Positions 10,991 to 20,938 of a stretch of 64,000 nt of DNA are shown here, one piece after another. The stretch lies in the sequence record PZ452595.1. One strand, written 5' to 3'. The stretch comes from a phage. Each line of letters opens with the position of its first letter. Positions within the stretch are counted from its first letter, which is position 1. Below the pieces are notes generated by a model. It saw nothing but the letters and a program-made list of their open reading frames with translations. It searched no databases and was not told the origin of the DNA. The translations under genes were made by a program, and so were the position numbers.

Positions 10991-12121
10991 TTATGGATAG
11001 GTATAGATGATACCAGTTTCTAAAGCAGTTTTATGAATGATGTATCCATTACGCGATTCTTGGACATCAACTTCTGGATAGTCTTTCATCATCTTCTGAA
11101 GAGTGTAACGATGCAGGTAGTATTTACTATCTGGATCTTCAGTTTTCCAATCTTTACCTTCTTCAGTCATTTTTTGAATTTCATCCATAACCCACCAACC
11201 GCACCAGATGTAAGCTGAAGTACGATGTGGAAGAGGATGAACATAAGGTAATTCACCTTCTGGTTCTGGAGCAACTTTATCAGTTACCTGAACTTGACCC
11301 GTCGTTTTAACTGTTTTACTATCATAATCAGTTGCAGTAACAACTACAGTAACTTCAATAGTTTGACTTCCAATAGATGAGGTATCAACTGTATATACAT
11401 TAGTTGACCCTTCTACAGGAGAAGAATCTTTCTTCCATGAATACTCAATTTGCGCTTCTTCTGGAGCATCAGTGACATTAGCGGTAAATGTAGCTGAAGC
11501 ATCTTGCTGAACGTTAATAGAAGGAGGAGTCAATGTAACCTGTGGATTCATTGTCTTCTTATTAACTGTTAATGATACTTCATTAGAAGTAACTTCCTTT
11601 TCATTGTAATTTTCTGCTGTTACTTGGGCTACGCATTTAATTCTTTTTACTCCACTTGTAGTTGGAGTATAGCTAAATGTAGAGTTAGTTTCTCCACCAA
11701 CTTGAGAATCATCTACATACCATTTATATGTAGCAGACGCTCCATCAGGTTGAGAAGCTAAGGCAGCAGTAAATTGAACTGGGGTTCCAATTACTCCAAC
11801 AGCGGGACTATTGGGAGTTACTGCCAATGTAGTTGTCTGAGTTTTGTTTTTGACTGTGATAGTTGTAGTAGCTTCTGCTGTTTCAGCTTCAGATTCTGGA
11901 ACTGTATTTGTTGCAACAACTTTAATAGTCTTTTGACCAGCAGGACCTTTTAATACATAATCAAAAGTTGCTTCAGACCCATCTTGTGGAGCATTATCTA
12001 CACTCCAAGCATAAGTAATAGTTCCACCTCCAGTTTCACCACTGGGTGCAGCAGTAAACTGCTTGGTTTCATCAATAACCCCTGTCGGTGTTTTAGGAGT
12101 TATATCAACTGTAAAAGCCAT
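10991..12121 (-). CDS. hoc: Highly immunogenic outer capsid protein Hoc
   Basis: 376 aa, same length as T4 Hoc; T/S/V-rich sequence typical of tandem Ig-like domains. Confidence 0.85.
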   Translation of the reverse strand: MAFTVDITPKTPTGVIDETKQFTAAPSGETGGGTITYAWSVDNAPQDGSEATFDYVLKGPAGQKTIKVVATNTVPESEAETAEATTTITVKNKTQTTTLAVTPNSPAVGVIGTPVQFTAALASQPDGASATYKWYVDDSQVGGETNSTFSYTPTTSGVKRIKCVAQVTAENYNEKEVTSNEVSLTVNKKTMNPQVTLTPPSINVQQDASATFTANVTDAPEEAQIEYSWKKDSSPVEGSTNVYTVDTSSIGSQTIEVTVVVTATDYDSKTVKTTGQVQVTDKVAPEPEGELPYVHPLPHRTSAYIWCGWWVMDEIQKMTEEGKDWKTEDPDSKYYLHRYTLQKMMKDYPEVDVQESRNGYIIHKTALETGIIYTYP

Positions 12122-12130
12122 AAGTTATCC

Positions 12131-12811
12131 TTATTTTAATGTTACGAAAGAAGAATTGCGTGTTTCACGAATTAAAACTGATCCGTCGCGATTAATGTAA
12201 TAAATTAAGCTAAACAAAGTTTGGTGTGCTGACGCGTGTTCAAAACTAGTTGGATGAGATTTCCAATCAGGAGTTTCAGCGATCCATTGATAAATCCACC
12301 AAGGAACCGTACAGAATCCTGGATTTTTCCCCAATAATTGAAGATTCGGGCTAAAGTTTTCCGGAAGAGTAAATACAGACGGCTTTTCAGATTCAATAAT
12401 CTTATCTACAGCTTGTTCAAACTTTTCTTCAACAAAAGGAGTGTCTTCAATCAAAACATCAGTATTTTCAGGAATTTTATCCGTTTCTACCACTTCAATT
12501 TTAATATCAGATTTAACTGGAGAATCAATCAGAAGTGCTGCTTCTGGATTAACTTCTTCATCGTCATATTTTAATCCCTCTGCAGCATCAGCAGCATCAA
12601 TTAAGTCTTTAATAGATAACCCATCAGTCTCTGGCATAGGTTCACTAGCGAGCTTCTGGAGGGCTTCTTCAATATCAACAACGATATTATCAAAAGATTT
12701 ATTCTTTTTGACCTTTATACCAAATTGCTCAGCATATTCAGCTAATTTAGCTTTAGCTTCTTTATTATCATCAAGAGCCTTTAACTCTGCAATATAATCT
12801 TTATCTATCAT
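12131..12811 (-). CDS. inh: Inh, inhibitor of prohead protease
   Basis: 226 aa in the T4 inh position between hoc and uvsW. Confidence 0.65.
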   Translation of the reverse strand: MIDKDYIAELKALDDNKEAKAKLAEYAEQFGIKVKKNKSFDNIVVDIEEALQKLASEPMPETDGLSIKDLIDAADAAEGLKYDDEEVNPEAALLIDSPVKSDIKIEVVETDKIPENTDVLIEDTPFVEEKFEQAVDKIIESEKPSVFTLPENFSPNLQLLGKNPGFCTVPWWIYQWIAETPDWKSHPTSFEHASAHQTLFSLIYYINRDGSVLIRETRNSSFVTLK

Positions 12812-12824
12812 AATATTTCCTCAG

Positions 12825-12832
12825 TATAAATA
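12825..12832 (+). promoter_or_regulatory. T4 late promoter motif TATAAATA (PuvsW)
   Basis: Exact TATAAATA 30 nt upstream of the uvsW ATG. Confidence 0.55.
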
Positions 12833-12861
12833 TAGATATATTTATTACATGGTATTTAGAC

Positions 12862-14373
12862 ATGACTGACATTAAAGTACATTTTTATGATTTTAGTCAC
12901 GTGAGAATTGATTGTGAAGAAAGTACATTTCATGAACTCCGTGATTTCTTTAGCTTCGAAGCTGATGGGTATCGTTTTAATCCGAAATACAAATATGGCC
13001 ACTGGGATGGACGAATCCGTCTTTTAGATTATAATCGTCTTCTTCCATTCGGCTTAGTCGGGCAAATTAAAAAGTTCTGTGATAACTTTGGCTATAAAGC
13101 CTGGATTGACCCACAAATTAACGAAAAAGAAGAATTATCAAGAAAAGATTTTGATGAATGGCTTTCTAAATTAGAAATCTATTCAGGAAATAAAAGAATT
13201 GAACCACATTGGTATCAAAAAGATGCAGTGTTCGAAGGATTAGTTAATCGTCGTAGAATTCTTAATCTTCCAACATCCGCCGGTAAATCTTTAATTCAAG
13301 CTTTGCTTGCGCGATATTATTTGGAAAATTATGAAGGTAAAATTCTTATCATTGTTCCAACAACTGCTTTGACAACTCAGATGGCTGATGACTTTGTTGA
13401 CTATCGTTTATTCAGTCATGCAATGATAAAGAAAATTGGTGGCGGAGCATCAAAAGATGATAAATATAAAAATGATGCACCAGTCGTTGTTGGTACATGG
13501 CAAACTGTAGTTAAACAACCAAAAGAATGGTTCTCACAGTTTGGAATGATGATGAATGATGAATGTCATCTTGCTACAGGAAAAAGTATTTCATCTATCA
13601 TATCAGGTTTAAATAACTGCATGTTCAAATTTGGTTTATCTGGTTCATTACGTGATGGCAAAGCCAATATCATGCAGTATGTTGGAATGTTTGGTGAAAT
13701 ATTTAAGCCAGTAACGACTTCTAAATTAATGGAAGATGGACAAGTAACTGAGCTAAAAATTAATAGTATTTTTCTTCGCTATCCAGATGAGTTCACTACT
13801 AAATTAAAGGGAAAAACTTACCAAGAAGAAATAAAAATTATTACTGGGCTCAGTAAAAGAAATAAATGGATCGCTAAATTAGCTATTAAGCTTGCGCAAA
13901 AAGATGAAAACGCTTTTGTCATGTTTAAACATGTATCGCACGGTAAAGCTATTTTCGATTTAATTAAAAATGAATACGATAAAGTTTATTACGTATCAGG
14001 GGAAGTTGATACTGAAACCCGCAATATAATGAAAACCTTAGCTGAAAATGGTAAAGGAATAATTATAGTAGCTAGTTATGGTGTATTTTCTACTGGTATT
14101 TCAGTTAAAAATCTGCACCACGTTGTTTTAGCACACGGTGTTAAATCAAAAATCATTGTATTACAAACAATCGGTCGTGTATTACGTAAGCATGGTTCTA
14201 AGACAATAGCAACAGTCTGGGACCTCATAGATGATTGTGGTGTTAAGCCAAAATCTGCTAATACGAAAAAGAAATATGTTCATTTGAACTATCTTTTAAA
14301 ACACGGCATTGATCGTATTCAGCGCTACGCAGATGAAAAATTTAATTACGTAATGAAAACAGTTAATTTATAA
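12862..14373 (+). CDS. uvsW: UvsW recombination/repair helicase
   Basis: 503 aa with SF2 helicase motifs (Walker A PTSAGKS, DECH box); N-terminus matches T4 UvsW as recalled. Confidence 0.93.
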   Translation: MTDIKVHFYDFSHVRIDCEESTFHELRDFFSFEADGYRFNPKYKYGHWDGRIRLLDYNRLLPFGLVGQIKKFCDNFGYKAWIDPQINEKEELSRKDFDEWLSKLEIYSGNKRIEPHWYQKDAVFEGLVNRRRILNLPTSAGKSLIQALLARYYLENYEGKILIIVPTTALTTQMADDFVDYRLFSHAMIKKIGGGASKDDKYKNDAPVVVGTWQTVVKQPKEWFSQFGMMMNDECHLATGKSISSIISGLNNCMFKFGLSGSLRDGKANIMQYVGMFGEIFKPVTTSKLMEDGQVTELKINSIFLRYPDEFTTKLKGKTYQEEIKIITGLSKRNKWIAKLAIKLAQKDENAFVMFKHVSHGKAIFDLIKNEYDKVYYVSGEVDTETRNIMKTLAENGKGIIIVASYGVFSTGISVKNLHHVVLAHGVKSKIIVLQTIGRVLRKHGSKTIATVWDLIDDCGVKPKSANTKKKYVHLNYLLKHGIDRIQRYADEKFNYVMKTVNL

Positions 14374-14386
14374 GGGCTTCGGCCCT
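14373..14386 (+). other. Short hairpin (GGGC-UUCG-GCCC) overlapping the uvsW stop
   Basis: Short stem with UUCG tetraloop between uvsW and uvsW.1; possible attenuator. Confidence 0.35.
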
Positions 14387-14398
14387 TTGGAGAAAAAG

Positions 14399-14629
14399 AT
14401 GTTACTAGAATTTAAACAATTTCTTTATGAAGCTTCTATTGATGAATTTATGGGTAAAATTGCCTCTTGCCAAACGATAGAAGGTTTAGAAGAACTTGAA
14501 GCTTATTATAAGAAAAGAGTTAAAGAAACTGAATTAAAAGATACTGATGACATCTCAGTCAGAGATGCTTTGGCAGGAAAAAGAGCTGAATTAGAAGATT
14601 CAGACGATGAAGTAGAAGAAAGCTTTTAA
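14399..14629 (+). CDS. uvsW.1: UvsW.1 small acidic protein
   Basis: Track ORF starts at TTG 14387; ATG at 14399 with SD GGAG gives 76 aa. Confidence 0.75.
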   Translation: MLLEFKQFLYEASIDEFMGKIASCQTIEGLEELEAYYKKRVKETELKDTDDISVRDALAGKRAELEDSDDEVEESF

Positions 14630-14684
14630 ATTAAAAAAGGCCCAACCAAAAAGGAAGGGCCAAAACTATAGACTAAAGGTCACA

Positions 14685-14852
14685 CTATAGCAAAAGTTGT
14701 GTTTCATTTAATTGTTCTTCCGAACTTTCTGAAACTGGTAGTTCTTTAATGTAATTATAGCAAGGCCCAGGATGTACAGGACCTTTGTCTGTTTCAACAA
14801 CCAATGCAGAATCGATTGGAGTTTTACAGACAACACAAATCTTATCTGACAT
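14685..14852 (-). CDS. Small CxxC-containing protein (position of T4 uvsY.-2)
   Basis: Hand-translated 55 aa ORF MSDKICVVCKTPIDSALVVETDKGPVHPGPCYNY..., below the track length cut-off. Confidence 0.45.
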   Translation of the reverse strand: MSDKICVVCKTPIDSALVVETDKGPVHPGPCYNYIKELPVSESSEEQLNETQLLL

Positions 14853-14880
14853 GATTGTCTCCTCTGAATTATATATCTAT

Positions 14881-14973
14881 TTATAACCCCATCTTAAAGC
14901 GCATTTCTTGTACACGCTTTAAACATGCTTCCATTTCTGCTAAAAGTCTAAATACTTCTTTATAATTTGTCAT
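14881..14973 (-). CDS. Possible 30 aa micro-ORF
   Basis: Hand-translated MTNYKEVFRLLAEMEACLKRVQEMRFKMGL, packed between neighbouring ORFs; weak support. Confidence 0.25.
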   Translation of the reverse strand: MTNYKEVFRLLAEMEACLKRVQEMRFKMGL

Positions 14974-14975
14974 AT

Positions 14976-15203
14976 TTACCCCATATCTCTCATATGCATA
15001 TCAATGCCCATATCTTTAGAATAAAAATATTCATCAAGATATCCGGCAAATTTTCCTTTAATATAAAGGACATCTTCACCACACGGGTGGTCGGCCAGGA
15101 TACGAATATCCTGACGCTTAAGATTATGCTTTTTCATTAAGAATTGAATCTCAGTTTCAAATTCTTCTTCATAATTAAAAGCATCATCAATGTTATATCT
15201 CAT
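14976..15203 (-). CDS. Hypothetical protein (position of T4 uvsY.-1)
   Basis: 75 aa ORF immediately downstream of uvsY on the - strand. Confidence 0.6.
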   Translation of the reverse strand: MRYNIDDAFNYEEEFETEIQFLMKKHNLKRQDIRILADHPCGEDVLYIKGKFAGYLDEYFYSKDMGIDMHMRDMG

Positions 15204-15616
15204 TATTTTCCAGCCTCAAATGCCCGCATGTCTTGAATATGCTTAATAGCAAATCCTCGTGATTTGATAGCATCAAGAGCTCCGCTACAGAAATCTAATA
15301 AAATTCCCCAATATTGTAATGAAGTATCAACCTTTAAAACATCCTTATCAGCTGATAGAACTGTTTTCATTTCTGATTTCTCGTAACGATCCATACTAAA
15401 TTCATCACCATCTCCTCGTCCCGAGTAGTAGTCTAATTTAGCTTTAAGAGCAACTTTTTTCTGTGCATCAATTCTAAGCATTTCCTTTTTAATACTTGAA
15501 TGCTTATTAAGCCATTTACTATATAACATCACATTATTAGCTGCTTCATACTGTAATTTAGTCGAATCTATAAACACATCTTTCTTCAATTCTTCTTGAA
15601 GATCTTCTAATCTCAT
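15203..15616 (-). CDS. uvsY: UvsY recombination mediator protein
   Basis: 137 aa, same length as T4 UvsY; preceded by a MotA-type promoter. Confidence 0.9.
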   Translation of the reverse strand: MRLEDLQEELKKDVFIDSTKLQYEAANNVMLYSKWLNKHSSIKKEMLRIDAQKKVALKAKLDYYSGRGDGDEFSMDRYEKSEMKTVLSADKDVLKVDTSLQYWGILLDFCSGALDAIKSRGFAIKHIQDMRAFEAGK

Positions 15617-15656
15617 ATTGTTCTCTATTCAATTGTTATTGGATGGACTTAGATTC

Positions 15657-15682
15657 ATTATACCACGTTTTAACGTGAAGCA
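15657..15682 (-). promoter_or_regulatory. MotA-dependent middle promoter PuvsY
   Basis: On the - strand: MotA box TGCTTCA (plus 15676..15682), 13-bp spacer, -10 TATAAT (plus 15657..15662), about 40 nt upstream of the uvsY ATG. Confidence 0.65.
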
Positions 15683-16081
15683 TTATACTCTATTACTAGA
15701 AGCCAGTTGCAGTTTTATCTGCTCAATATCATCAGGGTTATCGATGACCGAAAAGCGTATTTCTACTATCAGAGTATAATCATCATAAACGGGTATTACA
15801 TTAACTGCTAATTTATCAATACGTGGATCATAGTTTCTTACTGCGCTTTCGATGTTACGCTCAACCGTATCAGCAGTAAGAGGAGTCATATTTTCAAAAA
15901 GCTGATCTGATAAATCACATCCAAATTCAGGGTCAAACGGTCTTGAACCTTTTCTTGTTGTAATAATTCCCAAAAGACTGTTTTTAATTGACCTTAATCC
16001 AAGTGATCTGGAAACGTCTTTGTTCCAATCCATTTTCATTTCCGGGTCAATGTCAGAATAAAGCTTATTAATATTTGACAT
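15683..16081 (-). CDS. 25: Baseplate wedge subunit gp25
   Basis: 132 aa, same length as T4 gp25. Confidence 0.9.
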   Translation of the reverse strand: MSNINKLYSDIDPEMKMDWNKDVSRSLGLRSIKNSLLGIITTRKGSRPFDPEFGCDLSDQLFENMTPLTADTVERNIESAVRNYDPRIDKLAVNVIPVYDDYTLIVEIRFSVIDNPDDIEQIKLQLASSNRV

Positions 16082-16707
16082 TATAGTAACTCAAAGAACT
16101 CTTTGAGGCCTCTTATTACGTGAGCATGGGTTTTTCCACACTCTGGACACTTAATTGGAACAGCCAAATAAACAGTAGGCTTTAAAAGCATATCTTTTAT
16201 AGCTACAATATCTGACTCTGTGATGATAGAATATAAATCTTCCAGTTCTTTTTCATTTAAGTCTTCAACTGGAATACTTTCACCGTTAGCATGAATCGTT
16301 TCTATGCATGATACTATCATGTGGGCTATATTTTTATCATCAAAAATTTTAGGGTATCGGAATTTAATTTTAATGTCACCCAGTGTATACCAGAGGTCTT
16401 CTGGTGCATCTATTTGTGTATGTAATAGATTTATATGGGTTGGTATTTCAGTTCCACAGGTGCACTTCCAGGAGTTTTCGTGATTAACTTCTCCAAGAGA
16501 ATGTGCCCATAAATGAATCAACAATAGTTCTGATTCTTGGCGGTTTAAATCTTTTGCATTTGTGCAGTCTTTGATTAGCTTTTTAACAATTACTTCTACG
16601 GAACCATTATTTTTGGCAGTAATAAGTTCTAGATATTCTTTAAGCGTGAATGCGCGACAATTGATTATTTTAGAACCAACTCTCACATCAAAATTGTATT
16701 CATACAT
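16081..16707 (-). CDS. 26: Baseplate hub subunit gp26
   Basis: 208 aa in the T4 gene 26 position. Confidence 0.85.
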   Translation of the reverse strand: MYEYNFDVRVGSKIINCRAFTLKEYLELITAKNNGSVEVIVKKLIKDCTNAKDLNRQESELLLIHLWAHSLGEVNHENSWKCTCGTEIPTHINLLHTQIDAPEDLWYTLGDIKIKFRYPKIFDDKNIAHMIVSCIETIHANGESIPVEDLNEKELEDLYSIITESDIVAIKDMLLKPTVYLAVPIKCPECGKTHAHVIRGLKEFFELL

Positions 16708-16729
16708 ATTTTAGCTCCTTTATTTATCA

Positions 16730-16741
16730 TATTTATAAATA
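16730..16741. promoter_or_regulatory. Overlapping divergent late promoters (TATTTATAAATA) for genes 26 and 51
   Basis: TATAAATA on + at 16734..16741 and its reverse complement on - at 16730..16737, in a 51-bp divergent intergenic region with SDs on both sides. Confidence 0.55.
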
Positions 16742-16758
16742 GAATAAAAGGAGCATCT

Positions 16759-17508
16759 ATGGCAAACATTATTCGTTGTAAATTACCAGATGGTGTTCAT
16801 CGTTTTAAACCATTTACGGTAGAAGATTATCGAGATTTTTTGTTAGTTCGAAACGATATAGAACATCGGTCACCACAAGAACAAAAAGAAATAATTACTG
16901 ATTTAATTGATGATTATTTTGGAGACTATCCGAAGACTTGGCAACCATTTATATTTTTGCAGGTATTTGTAGGGTCAATAGGTAAAACTAAAGTACCGGT
17001 CACATTTGTATGTCCAAAATGTAAAAAAGAAAAGACAGTTCCATTTGAAATATATCAAAAAGAATTAAAGGAACCTGTTTTTGATGTAGCTAATGTTAAA
17101 ATTAAATTAAAGTTTCCTTCTGAGTTTTATGAAAATAAAGCAAAGATGATTACTGAAAATATTCATTCTGTTCAAGTAGATGAAATATGGTATGATTGGA
17201 AGGAAATTAGCGAGTCCAGTCAAATAGAACTAGTTGACGCCATCGAGATAGAAACATTAGAAAAAATTCTCGATGCAATGAATCCTATTAATTTAACTCT
17301 ACATATGTCATGCTGTAATAAGTACATTAAAAAATACACTGATATAGTAAACGTGTTTAAGCTATTAGTTAACCCAGATGAGATATTTACTTTTTATCAA
17401 ATTAATCACACACTCGTAAAAAGTAATTATAGCTTAAATTCAATAATGAAAATGATTCCTGCCGAGCGCGGATTCGTATTAAAACTGATTGAGAAGGATA
17501 AACAATAA
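16759..17508 (+). CDS. 51: Baseplate hub assembly catalyst gp51
   Basis: 249 aa in the T4 gene 51 position. Confidence 0.85.
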   Translation: MANIIRCKLPDGVHRFKPFTVEDYRDFLLVRNDIEHRSPQEQKEIITDLIDDYFGDYPKTWQPFIFLQVFVGSIGKTKVPVTFVCPKCKKEKTVPFEIYQKELKEPVFDVANVKIKLKFPSEFYENKAKMITENIHSVQVDEIWYDWKEISESSQIELVDAIEIETLEKILDAMNPINLTLHMSCCNKYIKKYTDIVNVFKLLVNPDEIFTFYQINHTLVKSNYSLNSIMKMIPAERGFVLKLIEKDKQ

Positions 17509-18683
17509 TGAGTATGTTGCAACGCCCCGGATATCCAAATCTCAGCGTTAAATTATTTGATAGCTACGACGCTTGGAGTAATAATAGATTTGTTGAATTA
17601 GCTGCTACTATTACTACATTAACTATGCGGGATTCTCTTTATGGCCGAAATGAAGGAATGCTGCAGTTTTATGATTCTAAAAACATCCATACAAAAATGG
17701 ATGGAAATGAAATAATTCAGATTTCTGTAGCTAATGCAAATGATATTAATAATGTTAAAACACGAATTTATGGATGTAAGCATTTTTCCGTGTCAGTAGA
17801 TTCAAAAGGTGATAACATCATTGCTATTGAATTGGGAACTATTCATTCTATAGAAAATCTTAAATTTGGTAGACCATTTTTCCCTGATGCAGGTGAATCT
17901 ATAAAAGAAATGCTTGGCGTCATTTATCAGGATCGCACATTATTAACTCCAGCAATAAATGCTATAAATGCTTATGTTCCTGATATTCCGTGGACTAGCA
18001 CATTTGAAAACTATTTGTCATATGTAAGAGAAGTTGCTCTAGCTGTAGGAAGCGACAAATTTGTATTTGTGTGGCAAGACATCATGGGAGTTAACATGAT
18101 GGACTATGATATGATGATAAATCAAGAACCATATCCAATGATTGTTGGTGAGCCATCTTTAATAGGTCAATTTGTCCAAGAATTAAAATACCCATTAGCA
18201 TATGATTTTGTTTGGTTGACTAAATCGAATCCTCACAAACGTGACCCAATGAAAAATGCTACTATCTATGCTCATTCATTTTTAGATTCTTCACTGCCAA
18301 TGATTACTACAGGAAAGGGCGAAAACTCTATTGTAGTGTCAAGGTCAGGTGCTTATTCTGAAATGACTTATAGGAATGGATATGAAGAAGCTATTCGTCT
18401 TCAAACTATGGCACAATATGACGGCTATGCTAAATGTTCTACTGTTGGTAATTTTAACTTGACTCCTGGTGTTAAAATTATTTTTAATGATAGTAAAAAC
18501 CAATTTAAAACAGAATTTTACGTTGATGAAGTTATCCATGAATTATCCAATAATAATTCAGTAACTCATCTATATATGTTCACTAATGCAACGAAACTGG
18601 AAACAATAGACCCAGTTAAGGTTAAAAATGAATTTAAATCTGATACTACCACTGAAGAAAGTAGTTCTTCCAATAAGCAATAA
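17508..18683 (+). CDS. 27: Baseplate hub subunit gp27
   Basis: 391 aa, same length as T4 gp27. Confidence 0.9.
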   Translation: MSMLQRPGYPNLSVKLFDSYDAWSNNRFVELAATITTLTMRDSLYGRNEGMLQFYDSKNIHTKMDGNEIIQISVANANDINNVKTRIYGCKHFSVSVDSKGDNIIAIELGTIHSIENLKFGRPFFPDAGESIKEMLGVIYQDRTLLTPAINAINAYVPDIPWTSTFENYLSYVREVALAVGSDKFVFVWQDIMGVNMMDYDMMINQEPYPMIVGEPSLIGQFVQELKYPLAYDFVWLTKSNPHKRDPMKNATIYAHSFLDSSLPMITTGKGENSIVVSRSGAYSEMTYRNGYEEAIRLQTMAQYDGYAKCSTVGNFNLTPGVKIIFNDSKNQFKTEFYVDEVIHELSNNNSVTHLYMFTNATKLETIDPVKVKNEFKSDTTTEESSSSNKQ

Positions 18684-19161
18684 AGAAGTTTCTATTCCTA
18701 AAATGGGTCTTAAACATTATAACATTTTAAAAGATGTTAAAGGCCCTGATGAAAATTTAAAACTTCTTATTGATTCTATTTGTCCGAATTTATCACCGGC
18801 AGAAGTTGATTTCGTTTCTATTCATTTATTGGAATTTAATGGAAAGATTAAATCTCGTAAAGAAATAGATGGCTATACTTATGACATTAATGATGTCTAT
18901 GTATGCCAAAGATTAGAATTTCAATACCAAGGAAATACATTTTATTTTAGACCTCCTGGAAAATTTGAACAATTTTTAACGGTGAGCGATATGTTATCTA
19001 AATGCTTGCTTAAGGTCAACGATGAAGTTAAAGAAATTAATTTTCTTGAGATGCCAGCATTCGTTTTAAAATGGGCAAATGATATTTTTACAACTTTAGC
19101 AATTCCTGGCCCTAATGGTCCAATAACTGGAATTGGCAATATTATTGGATTATTTGAATGA
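18628..19161 (+). CDS. 28: Baseplate hub distal subunit gp28
   Basis: 177 aa; overlaps the 3' end of gene 27 in another frame. Confidence 0.8.
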   Translation: MNLNLILPLKKVVLPISNKEVSIPKMGLKHYNILKDVKGPDENLKLLIDSICPNLSPAEVDFVSIHLLEFNGKIKSRKEIDGYTYDINDVYVCQRLEFQYQGNTFYFRPPGKFEQFLTVSDMLSKCLLKVNDEVKEINFLEMPAFVLKWANDIFTTLAIPGPNGPITGIGNIIGLFE

Positions 19162-20930
19162 AAAAGCCACAAGAAATGCAAACGATGCGTAGAAAAGTTA
19201 TTTCAGATAATAAACCAACACAGGAAGCGGCTAAATCCGCTTCTAACACTTTATCTGGACTTAATGATATATCTACGAAATTGGATGATGCTCAAGCTGC
19301 TTCTGAATTAATAGCTCAAACTGTCGAAGAAAAATCGAATGAAATAATTGGAGCAATTGACAGCGTAGAAAGCGCAGTGAGTGATACTACTGCCGGTTCT
19401 GAGTTAATTGCTGAAACTGTCGAAATTGGCAACAATATTAATAAAGAAATCGGTGAATCACTCGGAAGTAAATTAGATAAATTAACAAGTTTACTAGAGC
19501 AAAAAATTCAGACAGCTGGAATTCAACAGACTGGAACTAGTTTAGCCACGGTTGAAAGCGCTATTCCTGTTAAAGTCGTTGAGGATGATACTGCCGAATC
19601 TGTGGGTCCTTTATTACCGACTCCTGAAGCAGTTAATAATGATCCTGACGCTGATTTTTTCCCTACCCCTCAGCCAGTTGAGCCAAAGCAAGAATCACCA
19701 GAAGAAAAACAGAAAAAAGAAGCATTTAACTTAAAATTATCTCAAGCTTTAGATAAATTAACAAAGACAGTTGATTTTGGATTTAAGAAATCCATTTCAA
19801 TTAGTGATAAAATATCAAGCATGTTATTTAAGTACACCGTCAGTGCTGCTATTGAAGCTGCTAAAATGACTGCAATGATATTGGCTGTTGTTGTTGGAAT
19901 AGACCTGTTGATGGTTCATTTTAAATACTGGTCAGATAAATTTTCAAAAGCCTGGGATTTATATGGTACTAACTTTAATAAATTCTCTACCGAAACCGGA
20001 ACATGGGGTCCTTTATTACAGAGCATCTTTGGTTCTATTGATAAAATTAGACAACTTTGGGAAGAGGGAGATTGGGGTGGATTGACAACAGCTATCGTAG
20101 AAGGACTTGGAAGTGTTCTTTTTAATTTAGGTGAACTTATTCAATTAGGTATGGCTAAATTATCTGCAGCAATTCTTCGAGTCATTCCTGGTATGAAGGA
20201 TACTGCTGATGAAGTAGAAGGAAGAGCATTAGAAAATTTCCAAAATTCTACTGGAGCATCTCTCAATAAAGAAGACCAGGAAAAAGTTGCAAATTATCAA
20301 GATAAACGAATGAATGGAGACCTTGGTCCGATAGCAAAAGGATTAGATAAAATTGCTAATTGGAAAACTCGTGCATCTAATTGGATTCGTGGGGTTGATA
20401 ATAAAGAAGCACTAACTACCGACGAAGAGCGTGCGGCAGAAGAAGAAAAATTAAAGCAACTTTCACCGGAAGAAAGAAAAAATGCTTTAATGAAGGCTAA
20501 TGAAGCTCGTGCTGCGATGATTCGTTTTGAAAAATATGCCGATTCAGCTGATATGAGTAAAGACTCAACGGTTAAATCAGTTGAAGCTGCCTATGAAGAC
20601 CTTAAAAAACGGATGGATGACCCGGATTTAAATAATTCACCGGCAGTTAAAAAAGAACTTGCTGCTAGATTTTCTAAAATTGATGCTACTTATCAAGAGC
20701 TCAAGAAAAATCAGCCTAATGCCAAACCTGAAACTTCTGCTAAATCACCAGAAGCGAAACAAGTCCAGGTGATTGAAAAGAACAAAGCACAACAAGCTCC
20801 TGTTCAACAAGCATCTCCTTCGATCAATAATACTAATAATGTTATTAAGAAAAATACTGTCGTTCATAATATGACACCCGTAACGAGCACGACTGCTCCT
20901 GGTGTATTTGATGCGACTGGAGTTAATTAA
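19158..20930 (+). CDS. 29: Baseplate hub subunit and tail length determinator gp29
   Basis: 590 aa, same length as T4 gp29. Confidence 0.9.
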   Translation: MKKPQEMQTMRRKVISDNKPTQEAAKSASNTLSGLNDISTKLDDAQAASELIAQTVEEKSNEIIGAIDSVESAVSDTTAGSELIAETVEIGNNINKEIGESLGSKLDKLTSLLEQKIQTAGIQQTGTSLATVESAIPVKVVEDDTAESVGPLLPTPEAVNNDPDADFFPTPQPVEPKQESPEEKQKKEAFNLKLSQALDKLTKTVDFGFKKSISISDKISSMLFKYTVSAAIEAAKMTAMILAVVVGIDLLMVHFKYWSDKFSKAWDLYGTNFNKFSTETGTWGPLLQSIFGSIDKIRQLWEEGDWGGLTTAIVEGLGSVLFNLGELIQLGMAKLSAAILRVIPGMKDTADEVEGRALENFQNSTGASLNKEDQEKVANYQDKRMNGDLGPIAKGLDKIANWKTRASNWIRGVDNKEALTTDEERAAEEEKLKQLSPEERKNALMKANEARAAMIRFEKYADSADMSKDSTVKSVEAAYEDLKKRMDDPDLNNSPAVKKELAARFSKIDATYQELKKNQPNAKPETSAKSPEAKQVQVIEKNKAQQAPVQQASPSINNTNNVIKKNTVVHNMTPVTSTTAPGVFDATGVN

Positions 20931-20938
20931 GGAATAAT

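Noticed and set aside
12205-12797. Three ORFs overlapping inh (one on the same strand in another frame, two antisense)
   Set aside because: All lie inside the inh coding region with low-complexity products; inh explains the region.
14639-14661. Possible bidirectional terminator ggccc-13 nt loop-gggcc between uvsW.1 and the small - strand ORFs
   Set aside because: Loop is large and the stem only 5 bp; too weak to call.
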